From an uncultured bacterium (GTDB lineage: Bacteria; Patescibacteriota; Minisyncoccia; Phycocordibacterales; UBA918), in assembly GCA_950073265.1 (NCBI GenBank), contig CATMPJ010000002.1, positions 2,638 through 66,637 of the forward strand: DNA of 64,000 bases, read 5' to 3'. How positions within the stretch are numbered: position 1 is the first letter of the stretch; each line of letters opens with the position of its first letter. A program made the position numbers and the translations under genes. Positions 29,810-39,323 of the stretch are shown here, one piece after another. The notes under the pieces were generated by a model, which saw only the letters and a list, made by a program, of their open reading frames with translations, was not told the DNA's origin and searched no databases.

Positions 29810-30420
29810 CAGTTTACATATCTTGCCAGATATTCCGGCAGGATTGCTCGGTCCATTTGAAAGTGCTGGTAATCCTTCAAGGTCGTCCAGGTTCCGCCCC
29901 AGACGAAGCCGTGATCTTCCATCACCTTCACCAATGGATGCTCAAGGGTCAATGTACCGGGGAAGCTTTTATCATAGACTCCTAGTGTTGGCTGGCGTTT
30001 AACCTCCTGTCCTGTTTCGTCAAAAATGAGACAAGGGTTTTGCATCGGATTAGTATCCTTAGCGCAACCAATAGCATGCAGTGACCAGCGACCAGTACCG
30101 TCGTCAATGCGACGCATGTTGTGGCCACAGGAATTATTGCAAGCCAGCGACTTCTCATCACTCCAGCCATACCGATTGATCGGGTAGGCAGAGTGAATGG
30201 GAAATTTTAGCTTATACGCTAACCTAAAGTAGGCTCGTGTCGCTGGCATGGCTATTTTGTGCATGACTATCGAGCCCTTCTTTTCGTGACCAGCAAAGCT
30301 CCAATGGACAAATCGAAGTAGGCGTAAACCTACCAGAATGTCCTCCGGAGTACGTAAGTCTTCTTGAAGAGCATTTTGCACAATGGCAGCGGGAGCTGCC
30401 ATCTCGCTTTCAGCATACAT
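29809..30420 (-). CDS. M15-family (D-Ala-D-Ala carboxypeptidase-like) metallopeptidase
   Basis: NNS..N.R, SLHAIG.A.D.NP..NP, WGG.W...DYQHF; SD GAAAGGAG. Confidence 0.85.
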   Translation of the reverse strand: MYAESEMAAPAAIVQNALQEDLRTPEDILVGLRLLRFVHWSFAGHEKKGSIVMHKIAMPATRAYFRLAYKLKFPIHSAYPINRYGWSDEKSLACNNSCGHNMRRIDDGTGRWSLHAIGCAKDTNPMQNPCLIFDETGQEVKRQPTLGVYDKSFPGTLTLEHPLVKVMEDHGFVWGGTWTTLKDYQHFQMDRAILPEYLARYVN

Positions 30421-30459
30421 AGCAGTTCTCCTTTCTGTCTTGATGCTATAATTTATCAC

Positions 30460-30975
30460 ATGCAAAAGCAAGAACTTTTGAGTATCTTTATAACCTTTAT
30501 CGTTGGATTCTTTGCCGGAGGATATTTATATCTCAATGTGTTTACGCAAATGATTCAACCCGATAGTGACATTGAAACAATCGAAGAGCTTGAAGAGTTT
30601 TCTATCACCAGTCAAGCTTATGGAGGGTGTCGCAGTGACTGTCCAGCTTTCAGAGTTGAAGCAGACGGTAGCTATCGTTACCAATATGTACCATCTGTAG
30701 GTGAACAGCCACTGCTGCGCAGTGGTACACTTCCGCTTGGACTGCAGCGACAATTAGACCGGGCTTTAGAGCAAAAAGAACTACGTACACAGGCACAGTC
30801 AGTGACGCCCGCTAATTGTAATTCCATGAAAGATGGAATAGATATTGAATACAGAGTTGAGATTACTGGCGAGCTTTTTGTGCTGGATTCTTGTCGCACA
30901 GCGATAGATAGTCAGAGCGACTCTTGGGAAGCTCTTTCAGCTATTTGGACGTATTTTAATGAGCAAACGCAATAA
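30460..30975 (+). CDS. hypothetical membrane-anchored Cys-containing protein
   Basis: TM, GGC..CP.F....DG.Y; TATAAT 7 nt before ATG. Confidence 0.7.
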   Translation: MQKQELLSIFITFIVGFFAGGYLYLNVFTQMIQPDSDIETIEELEEFSITSQAYGGCRSDCPAFRVEADGSYRYQYVPSVGEQPLLRSGTLPLGLQRQLDRALEQKELRTQAQSVTPANCNSMKDGIDIEYRVEITGELFVLDSCRTAIDSQSDSWEALSAIWTYFNEQTQ

Positions 30976-30986
30976 TTTAAATCTGT

Positions 30987-31067
30987 ATGCTTAAAGTCCT
31001 AATTATATCTATCATGGCTGGTATCTTTGCCTACTTCGCCAATTTGGCATTTCAAGGACAGCTATAA
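30987..31067 (+). CDS. candidate 26-aa single-TM peptide (MLKVLIISIMAGIFAYFANLAFQGQL)
   Basis: Fills the gap before a terminator, hydrophobic; below the ORF-track cutoff. Confidence 0.4.
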   Translation: MLKVLIISIMAGIFAYFANLAFQGQL

Positions 31068-31110
31068 AAACAAGGCCGCCCCAGCGCATTCGCGCATGCA
31101 GGGCGGCCTT
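31066..31110 (-). terminator. intrinsic terminator
   Basis: AAGGCCGCCC...GGGCGGCCTT, U-tract on the minus strand. Confidence 0.75.
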
Positions 31111-31115
31111 CTGTC

Positions 31116-31481
31116 TCATACGGGAACAGTGTCAGCATCTTTTTTCCATACGCGAGAGCGTCGGAAATGAAGATAAGTGAATCGCTTGAGGTAATCTCTG
31201 CGAGTCTCAGGGCTATCTCCGCCAAATTTTCTTTTGGCTAAATGTCTCAGTGCCCAGAGAGGGTGTTGCAGTTCGTGGATTTGCGCCCGAACCTCTGCCG
31301 GAGTCACATTGCCTTTCTTAAGGCGACGACGGACGTACAGATACAAGTAAGTGTGCGCCCAAAGCGTCTTGCCCAGAAGAAGGGCAAAAAGAATGAATAT
31401 CGTTACCCCCATAAGGACATAAGCGAAAACCTCGCGCGATTCCTGTGAGAAAGAAAAGATCCATTGTTCCAAACCGGTCAT
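31116..31481 (-). CDS. hypothetical single-TM basic protein
   Basis: SD AGGAG, TTGACA-17-TACTAT promoter (31519-31547). Confidence 0.7.
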   Translation of the reverse strand: MTGLEQWIFSFSQESREVFAYVLMGVTIFILFALLLGKTLWAHTYLYLYVRRRLKKGNVTPAEVRAQIHELQHPLWALRHLAKRKFGGDSPETRRDYLKRFTYLHFRRSRVWKKDADTVPV

Positions 31482-31556
31482 TGTCTACTCTCCTAGGTTT
31501 GTTTTGATTTCGAACCACATAGTACGTACATTTTAGTTTATTGTCAATATTCTCCA

Positions 31557-31585
31557 TTGACTTATTCTCAAAAAAACACCATACT
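31557..31585 (+). promoter_or_regulatory. typA promoter
   Basis: TTGACT-17-CATACT. Confidence 0.55.
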
Positions 31586-31639
31586 ACCGATGTTTTATGG
31601 CGCAGTCGCTGCGTCTTTTTATTTCAATCACCACTACTT

Positions 31640-33424
31640 ATGTCACAAGAAATTCGCAATATCGCAATCATCGCCCACGTAGACCACGGCAAGACCACTT
31701 TGACCGATGGTTTGATGGAATTCACTGGTGCTCGTGACGGTGATGCTTCAATGGATAGTAACCAGCTTGAACAAGAGCGCGGTATTACTATTTATGCAAA
31801 GAACACTTCTGTTGAATACAAAGGCACTAAGATCAATATTGTAGACACGCCTGGTCACGCCGACTTCGGATCTGAGGTGGAGCGCGTGTTGCGTTCAATC
31901 GACTCAGTACTTTTGGTGGTAGACGCACAAGAAGGTCCCATGCCGCAAACTCGCTTTGTGCTTAAGAAGTCTCTTGAGCTGGGTCTCAAGCCGATTGTAA
32001 TCATCAATAAAATCGACAAACCAGCGGCTAATCCAGAGCATGCGGAAGAACTAGTGCTCGAACTTTTCCTTGAGCTAGGTGCTGACGATGAGCAGTGTGA
32101 CTTCCCAGTGGTGTATGCGATTGGTCGCGACAAAGTAGCAAAACTAAAGATGGAGGACGAGCTCACTGACCTTGCACCAGTCCTTGATACTGTACTCAAG
32201 CACGTGCCAGCGGCTAAAACCTACGAAGAAGGGCAAGCACTACGTGCGCAGGTCTTTAACCTTGGCTACGATAATTTCCTCGGACGACTAGCGGTTGCTC
32301 GCATCTACGAAGGAAAGATTGCTAAGAATCAGCCAGTTATCATCAAGCAAAAGGGTGAAGAGACTAAAAAGGGTAAGATAGTAAAGCTGTCGGGCTATCA
32401 TGGTGTGAAGCAAGTCGAAATGAACGAAGCGTTTGCTGGTGACATCGTACTTATTGCTGGACTGACAGATATTAATATTGGAGATACGGTAACAGATAGC
32501 GAAACAGCAGAGCCATTGCCAGCCATTAACGTGGATGAGCCGACGGTGGCGATGAAGTTCCTCGTAAACAACTCGCCATTCGCGGGACGCGAAGGGAAGT
32601 ATGTGACTTCTCGTCAAATTGGAGAGCGGCTTGAAAAAGAGCTTGAAATCAACGTCGGGCTACAAGTAGAGCCGGGAAGTGGTGATTCTTTTGACGTTAA
32701 GGGGCGTGGTGAAATGCATATCGCTATCCTACTTGAAAATATGCGACGCGAAGGGTACGAGCTGTCGGTCTCACAGCCAAAAGTAATCATTAAAGAAGAA
32801 GAAGGCCAAAAACTCGAACCGTTTGAAGAAGTGACGGTTGATATCCCGGCAGATTTCCAAGGCGCAGTGATTGAGCGACTCTCAAACCGTGGCTTCATCA
32901 TGATGAATATGATTCCTCATGAAAACCAAGTGCGACTTTTGTTTGAAGGTCCAACTCGTGGCCTCCTTGGCTACAAGAACCAATTCATCATTGATACTAA
33001 AGGTGAAGGAATTCTCGCCTCACGGTTTCTCGAATTCCGTCCGTACGCTGGAGCTATCAAAAAGCGCCAAACTGGCAGCATGACGAGCATGGCTACCGGT
33101 AAGGCACTTGGCTTCTCGCTCTTTGGTCTGCAAGATCGTGGAGAACTCTATATCGGCCCAGGTACTGAAGTATATGAAGGAATGGTAATTGGAAACACTA
33201 GTAAGGGAGAAGAAATGCTGGTAAACCCAACCAAAGGCAAGCAGCTTACCAACGTACGCGCCTCAGGAAGTGACGACGCTATCAATCTCACACCACACCG
33301 CCCACTCTCAATCGAACTTGGCCTTGAAATCATGCAAGAAGACGAATATCTCGAAGTTTGTCCAGAAAGCATTCGTCTACGCAAGCAACATCTCAAAGAA
33401 GGCGACCGCAAACGAGCTAAATAA
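31640..33424 (+). CDS. typA: translational GTPase TypA/BipA
   Basis: [40 protein letters not shown]. Confidence 0.97.
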   Translation: MSQEIRNIAIIAHVDHGKTTLTDGLMEFTGARDGDASMDSNQLEQERGITIYAKNTSVEYKGTKINIVDTPGHADFGSEVERVLRSIDSVLLVVDAQEGPMPQTRFVLKKSLELGLKPIVIINKIDKPAANPEHAEELVLELFLELGADDEQCDFPVVYAIGRDKVAKLKMEDELTDLAPVLDTVLKHVPAAKTYEEGQALRAQVFNLGYDNFLGRLAVARIYEGKIAKNQPVIIKQKGEETKKGKIVKLSGYHGVKQVEMNEAFAGDIVLIAGLTDINIGDTVTDSETAEPLPAINVDEPTVAMKFLVNNSPFAGREGKYVTSRQIGERLEKELEINVGLQVEPGSGDSFDVKGRGEMHIAILLENMRREGYELSVSQPKVIIKEEEGQKLEPFEEVTVDIPADFQGAVIERLSNRGFIMMNMIPHENQVRLLFEGPTRGLLGYKNQFIIDTKGEGILASRFLEFRPYAGAIKKRQTGSMTSMATGKALGFSLFGLQDRGELYIGPGTEVYEGMVIGNTSKGEEMLVNPTKGKQLTNVRASGSDDAINLTPHRPLSIELGLEIMQEDEYLEVCPESIRLRKQHLKEGDRKRAK

Positions 33425-33433
33425 ATAGGAGTA

Positions 33434-33468
33434 TAATAAAACGAGTTATTAGATAACTCGTTTTATTA
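33434..33468 (+). terminator. inverted repeat after typA
   Basis: TAATAAAACGAGTTAT-TAG-ATAACTCGTTTTATTA. Confidence 0.65.
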
Positions 33469-33872
33469 TGGATCCGTTAGAAAATTTATTTTTGACACTT
33501 TTTTCACAAATTGAGTGGATGCCAGTCTTGGTGTCTACGATTGTCACGTTTTTGATTGGGTGGGTTTGGTATTCGCCAGTATTATTCGTAAAGCCGTGGA
33601 TGAACGGACTACCGTCACCAATGAAATGGCACGCGCCAATGTGGATGCCGATGACTGCACAACTCGGTGCGACGCTACTTTCAGCAATCATCGTCAACGT
33701 GCTCTATACGACTGGTCAAACTGCACTCTTAGTGTTGGTGACTTTGACCCTCATGGGCTTTATAAAAGCCAATGGTATGTATTCAGGAAAAACCAAAACA
33801 ACTATCTCAATTGAGACATTATATATCCTCGTGATGGTACTCGTCATGGTGGCTACGAACGTGCTACTCTAA
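33468..33872 (+). CDS. DUF1761-like membrane protein
   Basis: G..WYSP.LF.K.WM motif, four TMs. Confidence 0.75.
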   Translation: MDPLENLFLTLFSQIEWMPVLVSTIVTFLIGWVWYSPVLFVKPWMNGLPSPMKWHAPMWMPMTAQLGATLLSAIIVNVLYTTGQTALLVLVTLTLMGFIKANGMYSGKTKTTISIETLYILVMVLVMVATNVLL

Positions 33873-33876
33873 TTAG

Positions 33877-34356
33877 ATGAAAATAATAATTGCAATTATC
33901 GCGGTATTACTGCTTGGAGTGACGTGGCTCTTTGTTAGTCACAATGGGATTTTAAGTAGTGAGAACGAAAATAGATATCAAGAAAGCGCTGGCGGAGCAA
34001 ATGAAGAAATGATAGAGGTGTATGACGGTATTGCTGTTGCAAAAAGTACTCGTTATCTGATTCTTTCCGGACGAGGATTAACTGGTTCACTTAAAGCAGA
34101 AGTTGCTCAACTTACAGAGCTCGAAACATTAGACATGAGTAACAATAGTCTGACTGGCATTCCGGCGGAAGTGGGGCAGTTGTCAAAATTAAAAGTGCTC
34201 AATTTATCTAACAACATGTTTACCGGTCTGCCAGCTGAATTAGGTAATTTACAGAATCTTCAAACGCTTAATCTAACGGGAAATAATTACACAGAAGCTG
34301 ATTTAGAAACAATTCGTACGCAGCTACCAGCAGACGTGAACATTATTACCGACTAG
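33877..34356 (+). CDS. membrane-anchored leucine-rich repeat protein
   Basis: Repeats LxxLxLSNNxLTGxPxExGxL. Confidence 0.9.
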   Translation: MKIIIAIIAVLLLGVTWLFVSHNGILSSENENRYQESAGGANEEMIEVYDGIAVAKSTRYLILSGRGLTGSLKAEVAQLTELETLDMSNNSLTGIPAEVGQLSKLKVLNLSNNMFTGLPAELGNLQNLQTLNLTGNNYTEADLETIRTQLPADVNIITD

Positions 34357-34363
34357 TAATTAT

Positions 34364-34969
34364 ATGAAAAAAATAACTATTTCTGCACTTTTTGTACTTA
34401 TGGGTACATTTGGTGTCACTCAACCAGCAAGCGCGTTAAGCTGTCTCGATCCTGACGGTATGATTAATATGTTTGTCGATGAGTCAGAGTATCTCATTGT
34501 GACTGCAACGCCGACTAAACAAGCTGAGTATGTAAAGTCTGGGCCTGACACGACTGACCCAAACATGATGTACCCGGAGGGCTACACGGCACAGCTTTTG
34601 AATATAACTGAATCATATAAAGGGAGTACGCCAGATCAAAGCTGGGTGTACTTTAGCCGCAACGGTACTTGGAATTATCTCTGTGTCGGAGAACCTCCGG
34701 CTATAGATAGCGACAATGTATATGTGCTTCACAAAGATGAGGGATTGTTCTCGTTTACCAAAGTTGTGGCGGTATATGCTGCAGATTCTGACATGGCTAA
34801 AAAATTAGTAGCAGCGCTAGAGGAGAGTGACAGTGATGATTTGGAGGCTCCCATGGTGTATGAAGCTTCTGCTTCGTACTGGTTAGAAGAATTAAAAAAT
34901 GAGTTAGTCGAAATGGCTTTTATTACAAAAGTAAAATTAGCCGAATGGAAGTTCTGGTTGGCTTTATAA
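34364..34969 (+). CDS. secreted hypothetical protein
   Basis: Signal peptide ending ASA, mature start LSC, one further Cys. Confidence 0.7.
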   Translation: MKKITISALFVLMGTFGVTQPASALSCLDPDGMINMFVDESEYLIVTATPTKQAEYVKSGPDTTDPNMMYPEGYTAQLLNITESYKGSTPDQSWVYFSRNGTWNYLCVGEPPAIDSDNVYVLHKDEGLFSFTKVVAVYAADSDMAKKLVAALEESDSDDLEAPMVYEASASYWLEELKNELVEMAFITKVKLAEWKFWLAL

Positions 34970-35028
34970 ATTAGACAGATAGTGCGTACCTGTTTGTTAG
35001 AGACTGTGACGCAGTGTAAAATAAAAAC

Positions 35029-35556
35029 ATGAAAGGATTTACCATTATTGCCATTGTCACACTTTTGTTCATTGGAATTTTCTTATTCTTTGAGAACAGC
35101 ACGCGTGTTGTTGCACCAGATAATCCCACTGTAGAGATACCCACCACCACTTCAGAAATGACAGATCAAGAGTCTCCGGCTGTGCCAAACAGCAATTACG
35201 AGCCAAAGCCGGATCTAATCGTGGTTGAAAACTTGAATCCGGGCGAGACCATCACCAGCCCAGTGACCATAACAGGTAAAGCGCGCGGCTATTGGTTTTT
35301 TGAAGCTACGTTCCCAATTATTATTACTAGATATGATGGAGAGATGATCGCGCAAGGCTATGCCACTGCAGAAGGAGATTGGATGACTGAGGATTTTGTA
35401 CCGTTTACAGCTACTGTCGAATACGTCTCGCCATATAGTGCCGGAGGTATGGAATTTGAGCAAAAAGGCAGCATAATCCTAGAAAAACAAAATGCTTCAG
35501 GTCTACCTGAAAACGCTGATTCGTTGGTGTTTCCAATCACATTTGCCGCCCAATAG
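35029..35556 (+). CDS. Gmad2 immunoglobulin-like domain protein
   Basis: ITSP..ITG.ARG.WFFEA.FP, WMTE.FVPF, N.SGL. Confidence 0.8.
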   Translation: MKGFTIIAIVTLLFIGIFLFFENSTRVVAPDNPTVEIPTTTSEMTDQESPAVPNSNYEPKPDLIVVENLNPGETITSPVTITGKARGYWFFEATFPIIITRYDGEMIAQGYATAEGDWMTEDFVPFTATVEYVSPYSAGGMEFEQKGSIILEKQNASGLPENADSLVFPITFAAQ

Positions 35557-35559
35557 AGT

Positions 35560-35730
35560 ATGAGATTTTTTGGTCTCATCTCTATTTTGATTACGGTAGC
35601 AATTGCACTGTGGTGGTTTACGCAGATGAGCGGAATTAGCACCCCTGTTGGCGAAACCGGAGAAGCCCAGCAAAGCTACAATGACATGATTGAGTCAGCA
35701 AAATCAGCGGCAGACTCTATAAGCAGGTAA
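35560..35730 (+). CDS. 56-aa membrane-anchored small protein
   Basis: MRFFGLISILITVAIALWWF...; starts 3 nt after the previous stop. Confidence 0.65.
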   Translation: MRFFGLISILITVAIALWWFTQMSGISTPVGETGEAQQSYNDMIESAKSAADSISR

Positions 35731-35778
35731 CACAAAAAACGTAAGTCAACACCTGCGTAGACTGTCTTCACTAAATAT

Positions 35779-36789
35779 ATGCTAAAACAATTCACATTCT
35801 TACTTATAGTTATTAGTTTTATTATTCCTAACACATCTGAAGCTCGACATAACCGTGGCAATTATTTCGGTATCGATAGAAGTGATTTAGACAATGATAT
35901 TGTTGAAGACTTTGCGGTTCCTATTTTATTTGGTTTTGACGCCCTGTTTGAGAACTATGGCGATCCACGAGATGGTGGTAGTCGAAGTCACGAGGGGCAA
36001 GATATTTTTGCTCCAAAGGGGGCTCCTGTCGTGTCGCCAACCGAAGCCATTGTAACCAGTGTTGGTACTGGTGATAGTGCTGGAAAATACGTGTATACCG
36101 CTAATCCGGGTGGAGAATCATTCCGCTACATGCACTTAGATGAAATTGCCGACCTCAAACGAGGCGATAAGCTTGATGTCGGAGACTTTATTGGTACTGT
36201 CGGCGATACTGGCAACGCACCAGATGGTGTGTATCACTTACACTTTGAAGTGCGTGATAATGATGGTGCCACCGACCCATTTCCGCGACTGACTGAAACA
36301 TTCACCTTAAAAGAAAAAATGTCATTTATGGATGATGTCATTGATAAATATGACGGAGATGAAGATGACTATGCTGAATATTTAGTAAAGACATTTAATA
36401 GTGACTTTAAAGCTGGACTTCGTGCCGGGTATGATTTGCCGGACGAAATTATTGAAGCGTTAGAAGATGTTGGTATTGTCTCTGAAGCGAAAGCGGAAGA
36501 CAAACTAGCAAATACACTCGGCACCATTCCGGTGGCACTTACTACCGAACTGAAAACGGGAGATAATAATGTGTTGGTGAGCTTGTTGCAGATATACCTT
36601 ATCTACACAACAGAGGGTGTTGCCCGCAATAATCTAAAAGCAGCTGGACCAACTGGATACTACGGCTCCATAACCGCAGCGGCAGTGCGCGCATACCAAG
36701 CAGACCGAGATATTTCAGAAACAGGGGTATATGACGCAAAAACCAGGACCGAAATGCTTGATCATGACGTGTCATTAAAGCTCAACTAA
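35779..36789 (+). CDS. M23 metallopeptidase with C-terminal peptidoglycan-binding domain
   Basis: HEGQD, YMHL, HLHF; V..LQ..L, GYYG..T..AV..YQ, TG..D..T. Confidence 0.9.
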   Translation: MLKQFTFLLIVISFIIPNTSEARHNRGNYFGIDRSDLDNDIVEDFAVPILFGFDALFENYGDPRDGGSRSHEGQDIFAPKGAPVVSPTEAIVTSVGTGDSAGKYVYTANPGGESFRYMHLDEIADLKRGDKLDVGDFIGTVGDTGNAPDGVYHLHFEVRDNDGATDPFPRLTETFTLKEKMSFMDDVIDKYDGDEDDYAEYLVKTFNSDFKAGLRAGYDLPDEIIEALEDVGIVSEAKAEDKLANTLGTIPVALTTELKTGDNNVLVSLLQIYLIYTTEGVARNNLKAAGPTGYYGSITAAAVRAYQADRDISETGVYDAKTRTEMLDHDVSLKLN

Positions 36790-36835
36790 CGGTATAATGG
36801 ACACAACAACTCGGTAAATTCGGGTATACGTAACG

Positions 36836-37801
36836 ATGGAGTATCTCATATCCTTTATTCTCATATTGCTGTCGGCCTTGTTTTCGGGCCTGACGCTTGG
36901 TTTGCTGTCACTTGATGCACATGCACTCCAACGCAGGGCCAAGCACGGTGATACTGATGCAGCGGTAATTTATCCCGTCCGTAAAAACGGTAATCTTCTC
37001 TTAACCACCTTGTTGCTTGGTAATGTTGCGGTAAACACGACATTATCCATTTTCCTTGGCTCGATTGCGTCTGGTATCGTGGCGGGTATTATCGCTACGG
37101 GATTGATTGTCGTGTTTGGTGAGATTATCCCGCAAGCAGTGATTTCTCGGAATGCATTGTTCTTTGGGGCTCGCACGATCTGGTTTACTAAATTGGTACT
37201 ACTTATTTTTTATCCGATCGCATGGCCAATCGCTAAGATGCTCGACCACTTTTTGGGTGATGAAATCCCTACAGTGTACTCAAAATCCGAGCTAATGGAC
37301 ATTATTTCCGAGCATGAAGACTCCGAACATAGTGATGTTGATGCTGATGAAGAGCGGATTCTGCACGGTGCCTTGCAATTCTCCCATACACGAGTGCGTG
37401 AAGTTATGACGCCGGCAGAACGGGTCGTATTGTTTGACGAAAATACCAAGCTTAATGATGACTTCTTTACCGAAGTCCAAGAACAAGGCTTTTCTCGGTT
37501 GCCAATTTATAGTGGTGAAAAATCGAATGTGATTGGTATTTTGTATGTCAAAGACTTGATTACAGAAGCTGAGGATATCAGTATTGCTCAGACGGAAGAA
37601 GCATTTGAAAAAGAATTCTTGGCTGTAGATCAGAATGAGATGCTCGATAAAGTACTTACCAAGATGCTTAAGCAGCGCCGGCATTTAGCCGTAGTGCAAG
37701 CAAAAAGCGGTCGCTTTTTAGGAGTTGTTACTCTTGAGGATATTATTGAAGAAATTATCCAGGTAGAGATTGAGGACGAAGACGATGAGGAGGAGATATA
37801 A
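36836..37801 (+). CDS. CNNM/DUF21-CBS protein (CorB/HlyC-like)
   Basis: FSGLTLG, LLLGNV.VN, FGEIIPQ, VMTP, FSRLPIY, TLEDIIEEI. Confidence 0.92.
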   Translation: MEYLISFILILLSALFSGLTLGLLSLDAHALQRRAKHGDTDAAVIYPVRKNGNLLLTTLLLGNVAVNTTLSIFLGSIASGIVAGIIATGLIVVFGEIIPQAVISRNALFFGARTIWFTKLVLLIFYPIAWPIAKMLDHFLGDEIPTVYSKSELMDIISEHEDSEHSDVDADEERILHGALQFSHTRVREVMTPAERVVLFDENTKLNDDFFTEVQEQGFSRLPIYSGEKSNVIGILYVKDLITEAEDISIAQTEEAFEKEFLAVDQNEMLDKVLTKMLKQRRHLAVVQAKSGRFLGVVTLEDIIEEIIQVEIEDEDDEEEI

Positions 37802-37838
37802 AAAAACAACCGCGAGCGAAGCTCGCGGTTGTTTTTTA
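37801..37838. terminator. bidirectional terminator
   Basis: AAAAAACAACCGCGAGC-GAA-GCTCGCGGTTGTTTTTT. Confidence 0.9.
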
Positions 37839-38543
37839 CAATCCTAACTTATTCAAAAAGATTTGGAGTTCCTCCCCGGTTATTTTTCGGAATTGATTGG
37901 GTTTTAATTTGCCAAGCTCAATATTTACTACTCGTACTCGTTTTAACGTCTGTACCTGATACCCTAGTGCAGCGCACATACGGCGAATTTGATGTTTCTT
38001 GCCTTCAGTGAGGATAATGCGAAAACGCTTAGCGTTCTTAGGATTTGCCACAAGTTTTGCAGGTTTGGTTTTATAACCCTCAATGTCTACACCTTTGCTC
38101 ATAAGACGCTGTGCCATGCCAGAAAGATTTTTATCTACCAAAACTTCATATTCTTTCTCGGATTTAGATTCAGGATCAAGTAGTGGGGCAGTGATGCGAC
38201 CGTCATTAGAGAGAATGATTAGACCTTCTGAGTCTTTATCGAGGCGACCAATTGGTGAGACATCAGTTAAGCCATAGTCCTGTTTAAGGCGCATAGCTAT
38301 ATCAGTCTCGTGTTGGGCAGGAGAGTGGGTGATAACACCACGTCCTTTGTAATACGCGTAATATTGCTTTTTCTTAGTTTGGCCGACCAATTCAACCTCG
38401 TCACCCTCAGTTACCTTTTGTCCAACTACTGCTTTTTGTCCATTTATAAGGATTTTTCCTTGCTCAATTAACACATCAGCCTCACGCCGCGACGCGATAC
38501 CTTCCTGAGCTAGATACTTATTAAGACGCATTGGGAATTCCAT
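37836..38543 (-). CDS. RsuA/RluB/RluF-family rRNA pseudouridine synthase
   Basis: S4 domain RLNKYLA..G.ASRR, GRLDKDSEG, EGKKHQIRRM. Confidence 0.93.
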   Translation of the reverse strand: MEFPMRLNKYLAQEGIASRREADVLIEQGKILINGQKAVVGQKVTEGDEVELVGQTKKKQYYAYYKGRGVITHSPAQHETDIAMRLKQDYGLTDVSPIGRLDKDSEGLIILSNDGRITAPLLDPESKSEKEYEVLVDKNLSGMAQRLMSKGVDIEGYKTKPAKLVANPKNAKRFRIILTEGKKHQIRRMCAALGYQVQTLKRVRVVNIELGKLKPNQFRKITGEELQIFLNKLGL

Positions 38544-38575
38544 AGACAGTGATTAGAACATATTATTTAGCTTTT

Positions 38576-38607
38576 TTAAAGCCCAGCAGACATCTGCTGG
38601 GCTTTAA
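38576..38607 (-). terminator. intrinsic terminator
   Basis: TTAAAGCCCAGCAGA-CA-TCTGCTGGGCTTTAA. Confidence 0.8.
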
Positions 38608-38625
38608 GGGTTTGTATTGAGAAAT

Positions 38626-39159
38626 TTATTTTTCTTTCACCTTCAGGGTGTATCCGTCTCCGTGTATTTCTTGATTGAGGAGTAATGACTGACTGACTAA
38701 TTTCTTAAGAGTGTCTTTCTTTACTTCACGACGCTCGTCTCCTCGCAGGTAGGGTAGGTGAGTCACATGAGTGCGGTAAATGTACATGGTTGGTTCTTCA
38801 GGCACAGTAACCAGGGTAACCATTGTAAATTTGCCACGCTCTCCAGCTGGGACTTCATAATAGCCGTCGACGATAGGTTGAGTACTCAGAACCAAACCAT
38901 TGCTTACTACTCCAGAAGCTCTTTTTTTATCATCACCAATTCGGTATCCGAGATAGTTACTATCGTCTCCGTAGGTTAGGCCAGCCATGGCTCCTACAGG
39001 AATCCGGTAGGCTTCTGTACCAGCCTGAAACTCAAAATCAATTGTATAGAGGCCAGTGTTATCTGTTAACTTTGTAGCGGCCGCTTCAACATTTTTGGGA
39101 CTATTAAAAGCGGTACCTGCGACAGCTACGGCTATCAGTAATACATGTCTTTTTTTCAT
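38626..39159 (-). CDS. secreted hypothetical protein
   Basis: MKKRH..signal peptide; TATACT box 8 nt upstream of ATG 39159. Confidence 0.7.
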   Translation of the reverse strand: MKKRHVLLIAVAVAGTAFNSPKNVEAAATKLTDNTGLYTIDFEFQAGTEAYRIPVGAMAGLTYGDDSNYLGYRIGDDKKRASGVVSNGLVLSTQPIVDGYYEVPAGERGKFTMVTLVTVPEEPTMYIYRTHVTHLPYLRGDERREVKKDTLKKLVSQSLLLNQEIHGDGYTLKVKEK

Positions 39160-39323
39160 ACTCAGTAAGTATAACAAAGTATTCAGCCAAGTGGCACGCC
39201 AACTACGAAACATTTTTTTGTTTTCTGCAAACTTGTCATCCCTCAAAATAGGCGTATGGTAAGAACAAAGACAATCTGTCTAAATGGAGGTAACTTACTA
39301 GCCTTAAATAACTAAATACATTC

